From an uncultured Ectothiorhodospiraceae bacterium (GTDB lineage: Bacteria > Pseudomonadota > Gammaproteobacteria > Nitrococcales > Halorhodospiraceae): a stretch of DNA of 55,711 bases. The stretch covers positions 1-55,711 of the forward strand of contig CAJXLI010000001.1 of NCBI GenBank assembly GCA_913055575.1, given 5' to 3'. Of the stretch, positions 38,978 through 47,226 are shown piece after piece. Position 1 is the stretch's first letter. Each line of letters opens with the position of its first letter. The notes beneath the pieces were generated by a model. That model worked only from the letters and a program-made list of their open reading frames with translations, did not search any database and had not been told where the DNA came from. Both the position numbers and the translations under genes were made by a program.

Positions 38978-41224
38978 TCAGTCTCCTCTCGCTAGCTCGG
39001 TGCTCGGCTCCTGCGCCCGCGCCGCCCGCACGTAGGCGTAGACCTCCGCTACCTCGCGGGCCACCGGCTCCAGGTCGAAGCCGCGTGCCCGGGCCTCGGC
39101 GGCGTGGGCCATCTCCTGGCGCCGGGCGTCGTCGTCGACGATCTCCGCCGCCCGCTGCGCCCAGGTCTGCGGGCTCTCCGGCGTCTTGAACCCGTCCACG
39201 CCGTCGCGGACCACGTCGTCCACGCCGCTCGAGCGCACTGCCACCACCGGCAGCCGCGCGGCCATGGCCTCCAGGAGCACCATGCCCTGGGTCTCCGACT
39301 TGGAGGCGAAGACGAAGGCGTCGCTCAGGGTGTAGTACAGCGGCACCGTCTCCGGCGCCACCGTGCCGATCAGGGTGACCTGCTCGCTCAGCCCCAGGGC
39401 GTCGATGCGCCCCTGGAGCCGCTCCCGCTCCGGCCCGTCGCCGACGATGAGGACCCGGAAGGGCTGCTCGCAGCGCTGCGCCAGCCGGTAGACGGCGTCG
39501 ATGAGGAAGTCCAGGTTCTTCTCCCGTGTCAGCCGCGAGACGCTGATCAGCACCCGCTCGCCGCCGAGGCCGAGCTCGGCGCGCAGCCGCTCCACGGCCT
39601 CGGCGTTGACACCGTGGAAGCGGGCGTAGTCGATGCCCGTGGGCTGGACGAAGATCGGCGTCGTCACCCCCACGATGCGCAGGTAGTCCTCGGCCGACTG
39701 GGTGGGCACGATGACCGCGTCGCAGCGGTTGGCGAAGCGCCGCACCAGGGCGTGGGAGATCAGGTTGCGGAACAGCGGCCCGGGCAGCGGCACGTAGTGG
39801 GCGTAGTGCTCCAGCCGGGTGTGGTAGGTGTAGACCAGCGGCAGCCGCCAGCGCCGGGCGAGCCAGAGCCCCAGGGAGCCGAGCCAGAAGGGGTGGTGGA
39901 CGTGGATCACCTGGGGCCGGAAGGCGCGCACGCCCCGGCGGATGCGCAGGGCGAGGAGGTGGGCGAGGCGGAACTCGCGGCGCTGGCCGAAGGCGAGCAG
40001 GGAGGGCGCCCGGATGACCTCCGGCTCGTGGTCGGTGCCCTCCTCGTAGCGCGGCGCGACGATGCGCACCGAGTGGCCGAGCCGGCGCAGCCCGCGCCGG
40101 AGGCGGTCGATGGAGATCGGCACGCCGCCGACGAAGGGCAGGTAGTTGTTGGTGAACATCGCCACGCGCAGCGGCTCGCCGCGGTACGGGGTCGGATCCA
40201 CCGAGAAGTCCGGGTAGTAGTCCCGCTCGTGGAAGATCACGCGGTAGAGCCAGATCGCCACCACGCCCAGGGCGCTGAGCAGCAGGAAGAAGTTCCGGTA
40301 GCCGACGTAGACGAAGGAGTGGAAGGTCAGCCAGAACCCCTCCAGCGCCGCGAGCACCGGGTGCTGGCCGATATCCAGCGGCACCGGCTCGATGGCCACG
40401 CCCTCCGGCGATACGGAGACGCGGACGTAGTGGTAGTAGCTCGCGTCGGTGTTGAGCACCAGCCCCCCGGCGCCGCCGGTGGTGACGAAGGTGGTGCCCT
40501 CGTGCTCCTGCCGGGCGAAGACGGGCAGGTTGGCGGAGAAGACCGCATCCACCCCGTGGCGCTGCAGCAGCTCCGTGAGCTGGTCCCGGAAGCCCGGCCG
40601 GCCCAGGTAGTCGCCGTCGTCGCCGCCGAAGAGGAGCTCCTGGTTGATCTGGAGCGGCGGATGGCCGAGGAAGGCGAAGGCGTGCTCGGCCTCCGAGGCG
40701 TCCAGCTCCCGCTCCAGCCAGCGCAGCTGCCAGGCCAGGGAGGTGTAGCCGGTGCTGTCCAGGAAGAGGAAGAGGTCGCCGCCGGCCTCGAAGCTGTAGA
40801 AGTACGGCCCGAAGTGCTCGTAGAAGCGGTAGTTGCCGAAGGCGCCGCTCTCGTGCTCGCCGAAGGTGAGCAGGTACGGCACCTCGAGCTTGCGCAGCGC
40901 CCCGCGCAGCGCCCGGTACTTGGCCTCGCCGTTGCTGCGCACGGCGTTGCCGGCGGAGACCACGAAATCGACCCCGGCGTCGTTGAGCATCGGCACCATC
41001 TGCCGCTGGAAGATGCCGACGGAGTTGTTGATGTTGCCGACGACGGCGAAGGTGTACGCCTGCCTATCGGCGAGGCGCGACTCGATGGCCGCCACCTGCT
41101 CCGTATGGGCGAAGTGCAGGCTGTCGTCGAAGACGTTGAGGTACACCCGGTAGCCCAGCAGCCCGGCCAGCGTGGCCAGGCAGACCGTGAAGAGGAGCTT
41201 GAGCGCCCAGCCGCTACGCCGCAT
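38978..41224 (-). CDS. Fusion of a degenerate calcineurin-like phosphoesterase domain and a GT4 (monoglycosyl-diacylglycerol synthase-like) domain
   Basis: TM, phosphoesterase-fold domain (FLDS..QLRWLE..GHPP..TGGAGG), TM, then FTNNYLPFVGGV, HVHHPF, TYHTRLEHYAHY, SRLTREKN, SETQGMVLLEA. Confidence 0.8.
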   Translation of the reverse strand: MRRSGWALKLLFTVCLATLAGLLGYRVYLNVFDDSLHFAHTEQVAAIESRLADRQAYTFAVVGNINNSVGIFQRQMVPMLNDAGVDFVVSAGNAVRSNGEAKYRALRGALRKLEVPYLLTFGEHESGAFGNYRFYEHFGPYFYSFEAGGDLFLFLDSTGYTSLAWQLRWLERELDASEAEHAFAFLGHPPLQINQELLFGGDDGDYLGRPGFRDQLTELLQRHGVDAVFSANLPVFARQEHEGTTFVTTGGAGGLVLNTDASYYHYVRVSVSPEGVAIEPVPLDIGQHPVLAALEGFWLTFHSFVYVGYRNFFLLLSALGVVAIWLYRVIFHERDYYPDFSVDPTPYRGEPLRVAMFTNNYLPFVGGVPISIDRLRRGLRRLGHSVRIVAPRYEEGTDHEPEVIRAPSLLAFGQRREFRLAHLLALRIRRGVRAFRPQVIHVHHPFWLGSLGLWLARRWRLPLVYTYHTRLEHYAHYVPLPGPLFRNLISHALVRRFANRCDAVIVPTQSAEDYLRIVGVTTPIFVQPTGIDYARFHGVNAEAVERLRAELGLGGERVLISVSRLTREKNLDFLIDAVYRLAQRCEQPFRVLIVGDGPERERLQGRIDALGLSEQVTLIGTVAPETVPLYYTLSDAFVFASKSETQGMVLLEAMAARLPVVAVRSSGVDDVVRDGVDGFKTPESPQTWAQRAAEIVDDDARRQEMAHAAEARARGFDLEPVAREVAEVYAYVRAARAQEPSTELARGD

Positions 41225-42251
41225 GCGCCAGCCTCTGTCCCCCGGCGATCTCCCGGGCCGTGAGCACCGCCCCGATGCCCATGCCGAGGAAGATCGTCAA
41301 GAAGCGCCAGGCGACCGTGACGAGCACCAGGTGCTCCGGGCCCACCATCCCGCTGAAGAAGTGCCCGAACGCCCCCTCGGCCACGCCGGAGGCGCCCGGC
41401 GTGGGCGAGATGTACATGATGAAGGTCGTCACGATGAGCAGCGCCAGCACGCGGCCGTAGTCCACGGCGTAGCCCAGGCCCCAGAGCAGGAGGGCGGGGA
41501 AGGAGAAGAGGCTGAGCAGGAACAGCACCGTGAACCCGATGGACAGGCCGACATCCAGCGGCCGGCCGGCGAAGTAGGCCGCGATCCCGCAGCGGAAGTG
41601 GCATAGCTCCCGCCGGATCCGGTAGCGCCAGCGCCGTGCCCGGACCGCGCCGAGCAGGTGCAGCCGCTGCAGGAGCCCGAGGCCCGCGTCGGCGGGCTGG
41701 ATAAGCCAGCGGGTCCGGCGCAGGACCACGGCGAAGAAGCCCAGGTACCCCAGGGCGAAGGCGATGAGGTACGGCGTCAGCGTCCCGTCGAGCAGGGTGC
41801 CGTCGAAGATATCGAGCACCAGGGGCAGCACCGCCGCCCCGGTGAAGATGAGCCCCGCGGCGAGCAGGGTGCGCACCGTGGTCGCCGCCGTGGCGGTGCC
41901 CACCGGCACGCCGCGGCGCTGCAGGTACCAGATCTGCGCCACGCCGCCGCCGGTGGCCAGGGGCGTGACGTTGGAGAAGAACAGATTGATGAAGACCAGC
42001 CGCGCGATCCACGGCAGCGGGACCGGCCGGTCTAGCGCGCGCAGGGTGAAGTACAGCCGCAGGCCGTCGGCGGTGAAGTAGACGACCAGCAGCCCCGCCA
42101 CCGCGACGAGCAGGTCCGGATCGAGGAGTCGAGCGTCGAAGCCCACCGAGTGCTCCGCGACACTGGCGTAGATCGCCCAGGCGCCGCCGAGGCTGAGGAG
42201 GACGAATAGCCCGGCGAAGGCGAGCAGGCGGGAGGGAGAGAGGTTGTCCAT
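41214..42251 (-). CDS. Lysylphosphatidylglycerol-synthase TM region / UPF0104 flippase-like membrane protein
   Basis: FFSNVTPLATGG, SPTPGASGVAEG, AWRFLT; multi-TM; overlaps the downstream gene by 11 nt. Confidence 0.8.
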   Translation of the reverse strand: MDNLSPSRLLAFAGLFVLLSLGGAWAIYASVAEHSVGFDARLLDPDLLVAVAGLLVVYFTADGLRLYFTLRALDRPVPLPWIARLVFINLFFSNVTPLATGGGVAQIWYLQRRGVPVGTATAATTVRTLLAAGLIFTGAAVLPLVLDIFDGTLLDGTLTPYLIAFALGYLGFFAVVLRRTRWLIQPADAGLGLLQRLHLLGAVRARRWRYRIRRELCHFRCGIAAYFAGRPLDVGLSIGFTVLFLLSLFSFPALLLWGLGYAVDYGRVLALLIVTTFIMYISPTPGASGVAEGAFGHFFSGMVGPEHLVLVTVAWRFLTIFLGMGIGAVLTAREIAGGQRLAHAA

Positions 42252-42519
42252 GCGGCTACCGAGCCATCAGTCTTGGGATTGCGAGCGCGCCCAGCGCGGG
42301 CATCTTCCGGGTAGCGCTGGCGGAGCGCCCGGCCCGCGCCTGCACCCGGGCCTCGACGCCCGGCGCGGCAGCCTAGCGTGTCCAGGCGTGGCCGTCGAGC
42401 CGAGGGCGCCCCTGTCCCACGAGCCTGCTCTCGCCGCTCCGGGTCCGGCCAGCGCGTTGAGCAGTCCCGAGAGCCGGTCCAGAGGGGGCTGAGCGGCGGA
42501 GCCCTCGGGCCGCGCGGCC

Positions 42520-43290
42520 CTAGGCCGTCAAGAAGTCCCGCTCGCTACCGCGCAGCCGGAGCGCGGTCAGCTGCCCGGTCGCGTAGGCGCCCGTATCCAC
42601 CGCGATGCGGTTGTCGTGGACCTCCGGGGCCGACACCACGGAGTGGCCGTGCACGACTGTCGCCCCGAAGTCCGCCCGGCTCGCCAGGAAGGGGTCGCGG
42701 ATCCAGAGCAGATCCTCCGTGTCCTGCGCCTCCGGAGGCACGCCCGGGCGAATCCCGGCGTGGACGAACAGGTAGTCGCCCTCGACGTGCTGGTAGGCGA
42801 GCCCTGCCAGGAATGTCCGGTGGCGCTCGGGCAGGCGAGCCGCCAGCCTGTCGCGCAGGTCCGCCATCTCGGCCGGCCCGGCTGCTGCGGCCGTGGGTGC
42901 GCCGACCCCGTAGCTGTAGAGGGTGGCCCTTCCCCCGTTCTCGAGCCACTGCGGCCCGGCCGCCGGGTCCTCCAGGAAGGCGAGGAGCCAGGCGTCGTGG
43001 TTGCCGGCAAGGTGGACGGTCTCGAAACCGGGCATCGTACGCTCGAGCAGCAGCTCGAGGACGTGCCGGCTGTCCAGCCCCCGGTCGATGTAGTCGCCCA
43101 GGTAGATGAGCACGCGCCGCGATTCCGGCATAGGGGCGGCATCGGCGGCGATCCGGTCCTGCAGGCGTTGCAGCAGGTCGGCCCTGCCGTGGATGTCCCC
43201 GACCGCGTAGACGAGCGTATCTGCGGGTACACGGGCCTCGTCGCGGGGCGGATCTCTGCGCAGGCGGCCCTTGAGACGCGTGAGCAGCAT
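42520..43290 (-). CDS. PPP-family metallophosphoesterase (Ser/Thr/Tyr protein phosphatase, PrpA-like)
   Basis: Intact GDIHG, GDYIDRG, GNHD, FVHAG, HGHS, DTGAY. Confidence 0.88.
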   Translation of the reverse strand: MLLTRLKGRLRRDPPRDEARVPADTLVYAVGDIHGRADLLQRLQDRIAADAAPMPESRRVLIYLGDYIDRGLDSRHVLELLLERTMPGFETVHLAGNHDAWLLAFLEDPAAGPQWLENGGRATLYSYGVGAPTAAAAGPAEMADLRDRLAARLPERHRTFLAGLAYQHVEGDYLFVHAGIRPGVPPEAQDTEDLLWIRDPFLASRADFGATVVHGHSVVSAPEVHDNRIAVDTGAYATGQLTALRLRGSERDFLTA

Positions 43291-43334
43291 GGTGGTTGGG
43301 TTGGCTACCTCCTCGGCTGGCTGAGGCCGTGCCG

Positions 43335-44153
43335 CTAGCTGCCGTTAGCCGACGCCTCGGCCGTCTCGATCCGGCGGGCCGTCCACTCCCAGGAGCGCTC
43401 GGCAGGGCTCGACCCCGTACCGCGCATCCGGCCCGTATCGACGAGATGCCCCTGACGCCTCGCGGACAGGCCGACACCCGCATCGTACTCGATGACGACC
43501 GTATCCCCCTCCATACGCCATTGCCAGCTCTCGTCGATCAGCCCGTCGCGCGCGATCCGGCCACCCGAGCGGAAGGTCAGTGTCAGGGTCGCGCCGTTCT
43601 CATCCTCGAACCGCCACCTCGAGCCGATGAGCCGGCTGCCCCGGCTGCCCGCTCCCTCCGGCTGCGAGGCGCCTCGCTCCGAGGAGGGGGGCTGCGGCTC
43701 GGCGCTGGAGGCGTCTGTATCCGCCGCCGGCCCTGCGGTGCTGCCACCGTCCACCGCCGCCTCGGGACCCGTTCCGGCCTGGGCGTCCGGGGTGTCACCG
43801 CCGCCGCTGCCCGGCGCGGCGGTACCGGGGTCATCCGTCCCACCCTCCGAGGCCGCGGCCTCGCGCAGGCGCCTGAGCAGGCGCTCGTTCAGGGGAACGT
43901 CTGTATCGTAGCCGTGCGCGGTCCGGAAGGCCAGCACGCCGGAGCGCGACTGCGGGCCGATGAGCCCGTCCGTCGGCCCGGCGTCGAAGCCGAGCTCGTT
44001 GAGCCTGGTCTGGATTTCCCGGATCTGCTCGCGCGTGAGCTGCGGATCCGCCTCCTGAGCGCTGCTCGACCCGAGGGGAGCCCCTACCAGCGCGGCCAGG
44101 GCGAGGGCCTTGAGCAGGTGGCTGCAGTTCCGGATGCCGTAGTAGTGGCTCAT
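43335..44153 (-). CDS. Exported peptidoglycan-binding domain protein with acidic linker and small beta-rich C-terminal domain
   Basis: Signal peptide (SSA-QE), IQTRLNELGFDAGPTDGLIGPQSR PG_binding_1 motif. Confidence 0.72.
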   Translation of the reverse strand: MSHYYGIRNCSHLLKALALAALVGAPLGSSSAQEADPQLTREQIREIQTRLNELGFDAGPTDGLIGPQSRSGVLAFRTAHGYDTDVPLNERLLRRLREAAASEGGTDDPGTAAPGSGGGDTPDAQAGTGPEAAVDGGSTAGPAADTDASSAEPQPPSSERGASQPEGAGSRGSRLIGSRWRFEDENGATLTLTFRSGGRIARDGLIDESWQWRMEGDTVVIEYDAGVGLSARRQGHLVDTGRMRGTGSSPAERSWEWTARRIETAEASANGS

Positions 44154-44317
44154 GGGGATCCCTCCCTGTCCGCGTCGACCCTGTGGCGAAAAATCGCATG
44201 CTTGCCCCCGGCTAGGCGGGGCCTTGCGTTGGCGCCTGACGGCGAGCCGGAGAGCGTCCCGGGGCGAGCGTGGCCGTAGGCCGCCACCGGGCTGTTTGTT
44301 GATCCTGTCCAAAGGAG

Positions 44318-44337
44318 TGTTACGTTTGACAGTAACA
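44318..44337. promoter_or_regulatory. Palindromic operator candidate TGTTAC-N8-GTAACA enclosing TTGACA
   Basis: Perfect 6-8-6 inverted repeat in an AT-rich patch of the divergent intergenic region before the EPS export operon. Confidence 0.5.
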
Positions 44338-44410
44338 GATCGAATCAACACGGCGGTGCCAGGGTAGGTCACGCCTGGTCCGCTAGCCAGGCCAAGCAGG
44401 AGAGGATGTC

Positions 44411-45082
44411 ATGACAGCCAGCAAGTGCACCAGGATCCGGATGGCCCAGGCCGCCGGGGCCCTCGTCCTGTCGCTCGGGGTGGCGCTCGGGCCGCAGGCA
44501 GTGGCCCAGGAGGTCACGGTCGCCGAGGATCAGCAGGGTAATATCACGAGCGTTACGGTGGTGCTCCCCAATGGCCAGACCGTGACACTGGACGCGGACC
44601 TCGCCACCGCTATCGCGGCCGCCGTGGCGGAGGAGGATACGGAGAATGCCTTTATGGCGGCCCTGGAGGCTGCAGGGATCCAGGAGGATGCCGATGCCGT
44701 TACGGCCGCCGCCGCCTACGCCAGCAGCCAGGCCAGCCAGGCAGAGGGCGATACGGAGCAGGTCCAGGCGAAGCTCCAGGCGATTGTTGACGGAGCCGCT
44801 CGCTCGAACCCGGAGGCAGCCGGTGATGCGGTGCGGGTTGCCTCGCAGGCTGCCTCGCAGATCAGCGGGATCCCGGAGGAGGACTACGTCACGACCCTTA
44901 CCGCTGGCATGCAGAACAACCCGAATGTATCGGATGCGGCCAGGGCCAATGCGAACCAGGCTGCACAACAGGCTGGACTGGAGGTCGCCGAGGCCGGGGG
45001 TGGTGGCGCTGGCGACACGCTGATCAACCCCTCGTCCTCGGTCACCGAGAACCCGTCTCAGGATACGAGCCCCATCCAGTAG
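44411..45082 (+). CDS. Secreted acidic Ala/Gln-rich hypothetical protein
   Basis: SD AGGAGAGGA; signal peptide AVA-QE; helical A/E/Q-rich body, GGGG linker, S/T/P-rich tail. Confidence 0.75.
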   Translation: MTASKCTRIRMAQAAGALVLSLGVALGPQAVAQEVTVAEDQQGNITSVTVVLPNGQTVTLDADLATAIAAAVAEEDTENAFMAALEAAGIQEDADAVTAAAAYASSQASQAEGDTEQVQAKLQAIVDGAARSNPEAAGDAVRVASQAASQISGIPEEDYVTTLTAGMQNNPNVSDAARANANQAAQQAGLEVAEAGGGGAGDTLINPSSSVTENPSQDTSPIQ

Positions 45083-45190
45083 CGCGTGCGGCTACCGAGT
45101 CTCTGGACTTGAGGTGCCCGGCAACGCGCGCACGCCGCGATGAGCCGGGCGCGTAGATCGAGGGGACGCCACGAAAAAAGGAAGTGTATT

Positions 45191-46510
45191 ATGCCTAGGA
45201 ACTCCGCTAGGGGCGCCGGCACGGCGCTACTGCGCGTGTCTGCTCGGGGGACAATTAGCACATTGGCCACGGCGCTACTACTCGTGTCAGCGCCGGCCGG
45301 GGCACAGCAGAACGGAGAGGCGCAGCAGCGCCTGCAGCCCGGTGAGACGGTCCTGGACCGGGATCGTCCCAGGCTAGATCCGCGGGGGGTGACAGCCGGC
45401 GGTTTCCTGGTCTTCCCGTCGGTTAGTCTGGAAGGGGAGTACAACGACAACATCTTCGCCAACCCGTCGGGCGACGATGTCGAGAGCGACTACATCACGC
45501 ACCTACGGCCCAATGTCAGCGTCGAGAGCCGCTGGGCCAACCACGCCCTGAACTTCCGCGCCGGCGCCGACCTCGCCGCCTACGACGACTATAGCGGCGA
45601 GGACTACGAGGACTACAACATCGGCGTCGACGGGCGCTACGACGTCACCCGCAACGACAACCTCTTCGGCGGGGCGTCCTATCGGCGGGGCCACGAGGAT
45701 CGCGGCTCGCCGGACGACGTCAATGGCAAGGAGCCGACGGAGTACGACAACTACAACGCCTTCGCGGGCGGCGAGGTGCAGTGGAACCGGGTGACCACCC
45801 GCGTGACCGCCACCTACGACCGGCTGGACTACGACGACGTGCCGAGGGCCGGGGGCGGGACCATCGACAATGACGACCGTGACCGCGACACCTACGAGGG
45901 AAGGGCGCGCATCTCCTACCAGATCCAGCGCCGCTTCGCCACGTTCGTGGAAGGCGCCTACGACGTCCGTAGCTACGATGAGACCAAGAATAGCGGCTTC
46001 GATCGCGATTCCGAGGGCTACGAGCTGGCGGTAGGCATGGATTTCGACCTCACCGGCGTCACCTTCGGTGAGGTGTTCGCCGGGTATCGCTCCCAGGACT
46101 ACGACGATCCGGCCCTGGAGACGGCCGACGGATGGGACGCTGGCGTGTCGCTCACCTCCAATGTCTCCCAGCTCACCAGCGTCCGGGCTACCTTCGAGCG
46201 TAGCCTCCGGGAGACTACCCAGCGGGACGCGAGCGGCTACTTCACCAACCTCACGACGCTCCGGGTCGACCACGAGCTCCTGCGCAACCTCCTGCTGGAT
46301 GCCGAGGCGTCCTACAGCCTCAACGACTACCAGGGCATCGGCCGCGAGGACGACGTCTGGAGCGCCGGGATAGGCGCGACCTATATGGTGAACCGCTACG
46401 CCGAGGCCGAGCTGGGCTACACGCACAGCGCCCGCGACTCGTCAGAGACGGATCGGGACTACGACTACACGCGCAATCGGGTAATGCTCGAGCTGACCGC
46501 GCAGTACTGA
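45191..46510 (+). CDS. Outer-membrane beta-barrel of EPS export (EpsX/VpsM-like)
   Basis: Signal peptide AGA-QQ, YNDNIF, alternating beta-strand pattern, C-terminal LELTAQY; directly upstream of the OPX gene. Confidence 0.75.
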   Translation: MPRNSARGAGTALLRVSARGTISTLATALLLVSAPAGAQQNGEAQQRLQPGETVLDRDRPRLDPRGVTAGGFLVFPSVSLEGEYNDNIFANPSGDDVESDYITHLRPNVSVESRWANHALNFRAGADLAAYDDYSGEDYEDYNIGVDGRYDVTRNDNLFGGASYRRGHEDRGSPDDVNGKEPTEYDNYNAFAGGEVQWNRVTTRVTATYDRLDYDDVPRAGGGTIDNDDRDRDTYEGRARISYQIQRRFATFVEGAYDVRSYDETKNSGFDRDSEGYELAVGMDFDLTGVTFGEVFAGYRSQDYDDPALETADGWDAGVSLTSNVSQLTSVRATFERSLRETTQRDASGYFTNLTTLRVDHELLRNLLLDAEASYSLNDYQGIGREDDVWSAGIGATYMVNRYAEAELGYTHSARDSSETDRDYDYTRNRVMLELTAQY

Positions 46511-46590
46511 GCCCCTGGCCGCCGGTTCCCGGCCGGCCAGGGCATTGCTAGCATGACCAGCCCAACCAACCTTGCAGCGCGGGGGTGTCC

Positions 46591-47136
46591 ATGCGATCGG
46601 TGCTCGTGCTTATCCTGGCCTTGGTCCTTGCCGGGGCCGTCCCGGTGGCTGCTGCTGCCGCGGCGGCAGATCAGCCCGCCTATCGGCTCGGCACCGGGGA
46701 TCAGGTCCGCATTACGGTCTACGGCCAAGAGGACCTCTCCGGCGAGTTCGAGGTGGACGCGAGCGGCACGATCGCCATGTCGCTGATCGGCGAGGTGGCG
46801 ATCGGTGGGCTGACCCTGCGCGAGGCCGAGCAGCGCATCGTCGACCAGCTCAAGCCCGACTACCTCAAGAATCCGCGCGTCAGCATGCAGGTGCTGAACT
46901 ACCGCCCCTTCTACGTGCTGGGCGAGGTCAAGGAGCCGGGCAGCTACGACTACGTCAACGATATCACCGTCACCGAGGCGATCGCGCTGGCGGGTGGCTA
47001 CACCTATCGGGCCGCCAAGGACGAGGTCGTCATCATCCGCTCCAACAAGGCCGACGAGCGCCAGGAGCATGAGGCGGAGGCCGATACGGTGGTCCTGCCG
47101 GGCGACACCATCCGCGTGCCCGAGCGGTTCTTCTGA
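46591..47136 (+). CDS. Short periplasmic OPX polysaccharide export protein (Poly_export plus one SLBB domain)
   Basis: YRLGTGDQVRITVYG, FYVLGEVKEPGSY, AIALAGG, PGDTIRVPERFF; no lipobox, no C-terminal outer-membrane helix. Confidence 0.88.
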   Translation: MRSVLVLILALVLAGAVPVAAAAAAADQPAYRLGTGDQVRITVYGQEDLSGEFEVDASGTIAMSLIGEVAIGGLTLREAEQRIVDQLKPDYLKNPRVSMQVLNYRPFYVLGEVKEPGSYDYVNDITVTEAIALAGGYTYRAAKDEVVIIRSNKADERQEHEAEADTVVLPGDTIRVPERFF

Positions 47137-47226
47137 CCCCTGCTGCTGCAACGGAGGCTGTACAAGGGCAGACGGTGCTGCCGACGCACCGTCCGGACCG
47201 GTTACGTCATGAGGGAGGAGTAGCCC

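Noticed and set aside
39104-41263. Long antisense and alternative-frame ORFs (also 2394-4094, 23224-25323, 23526-25235, 46465-48303, 20551-22416)
   Set aside because: Shadow ORFs expected in about 70% GC DNA. They overlap well-supported genes, have R/P/G/A-biased or mirror composition, and show no motifs.
44299-44348. FNR site (TTGAT ... ATCAA)
   Set aside because: The half-sites are about 40 bp apart rather than 4.
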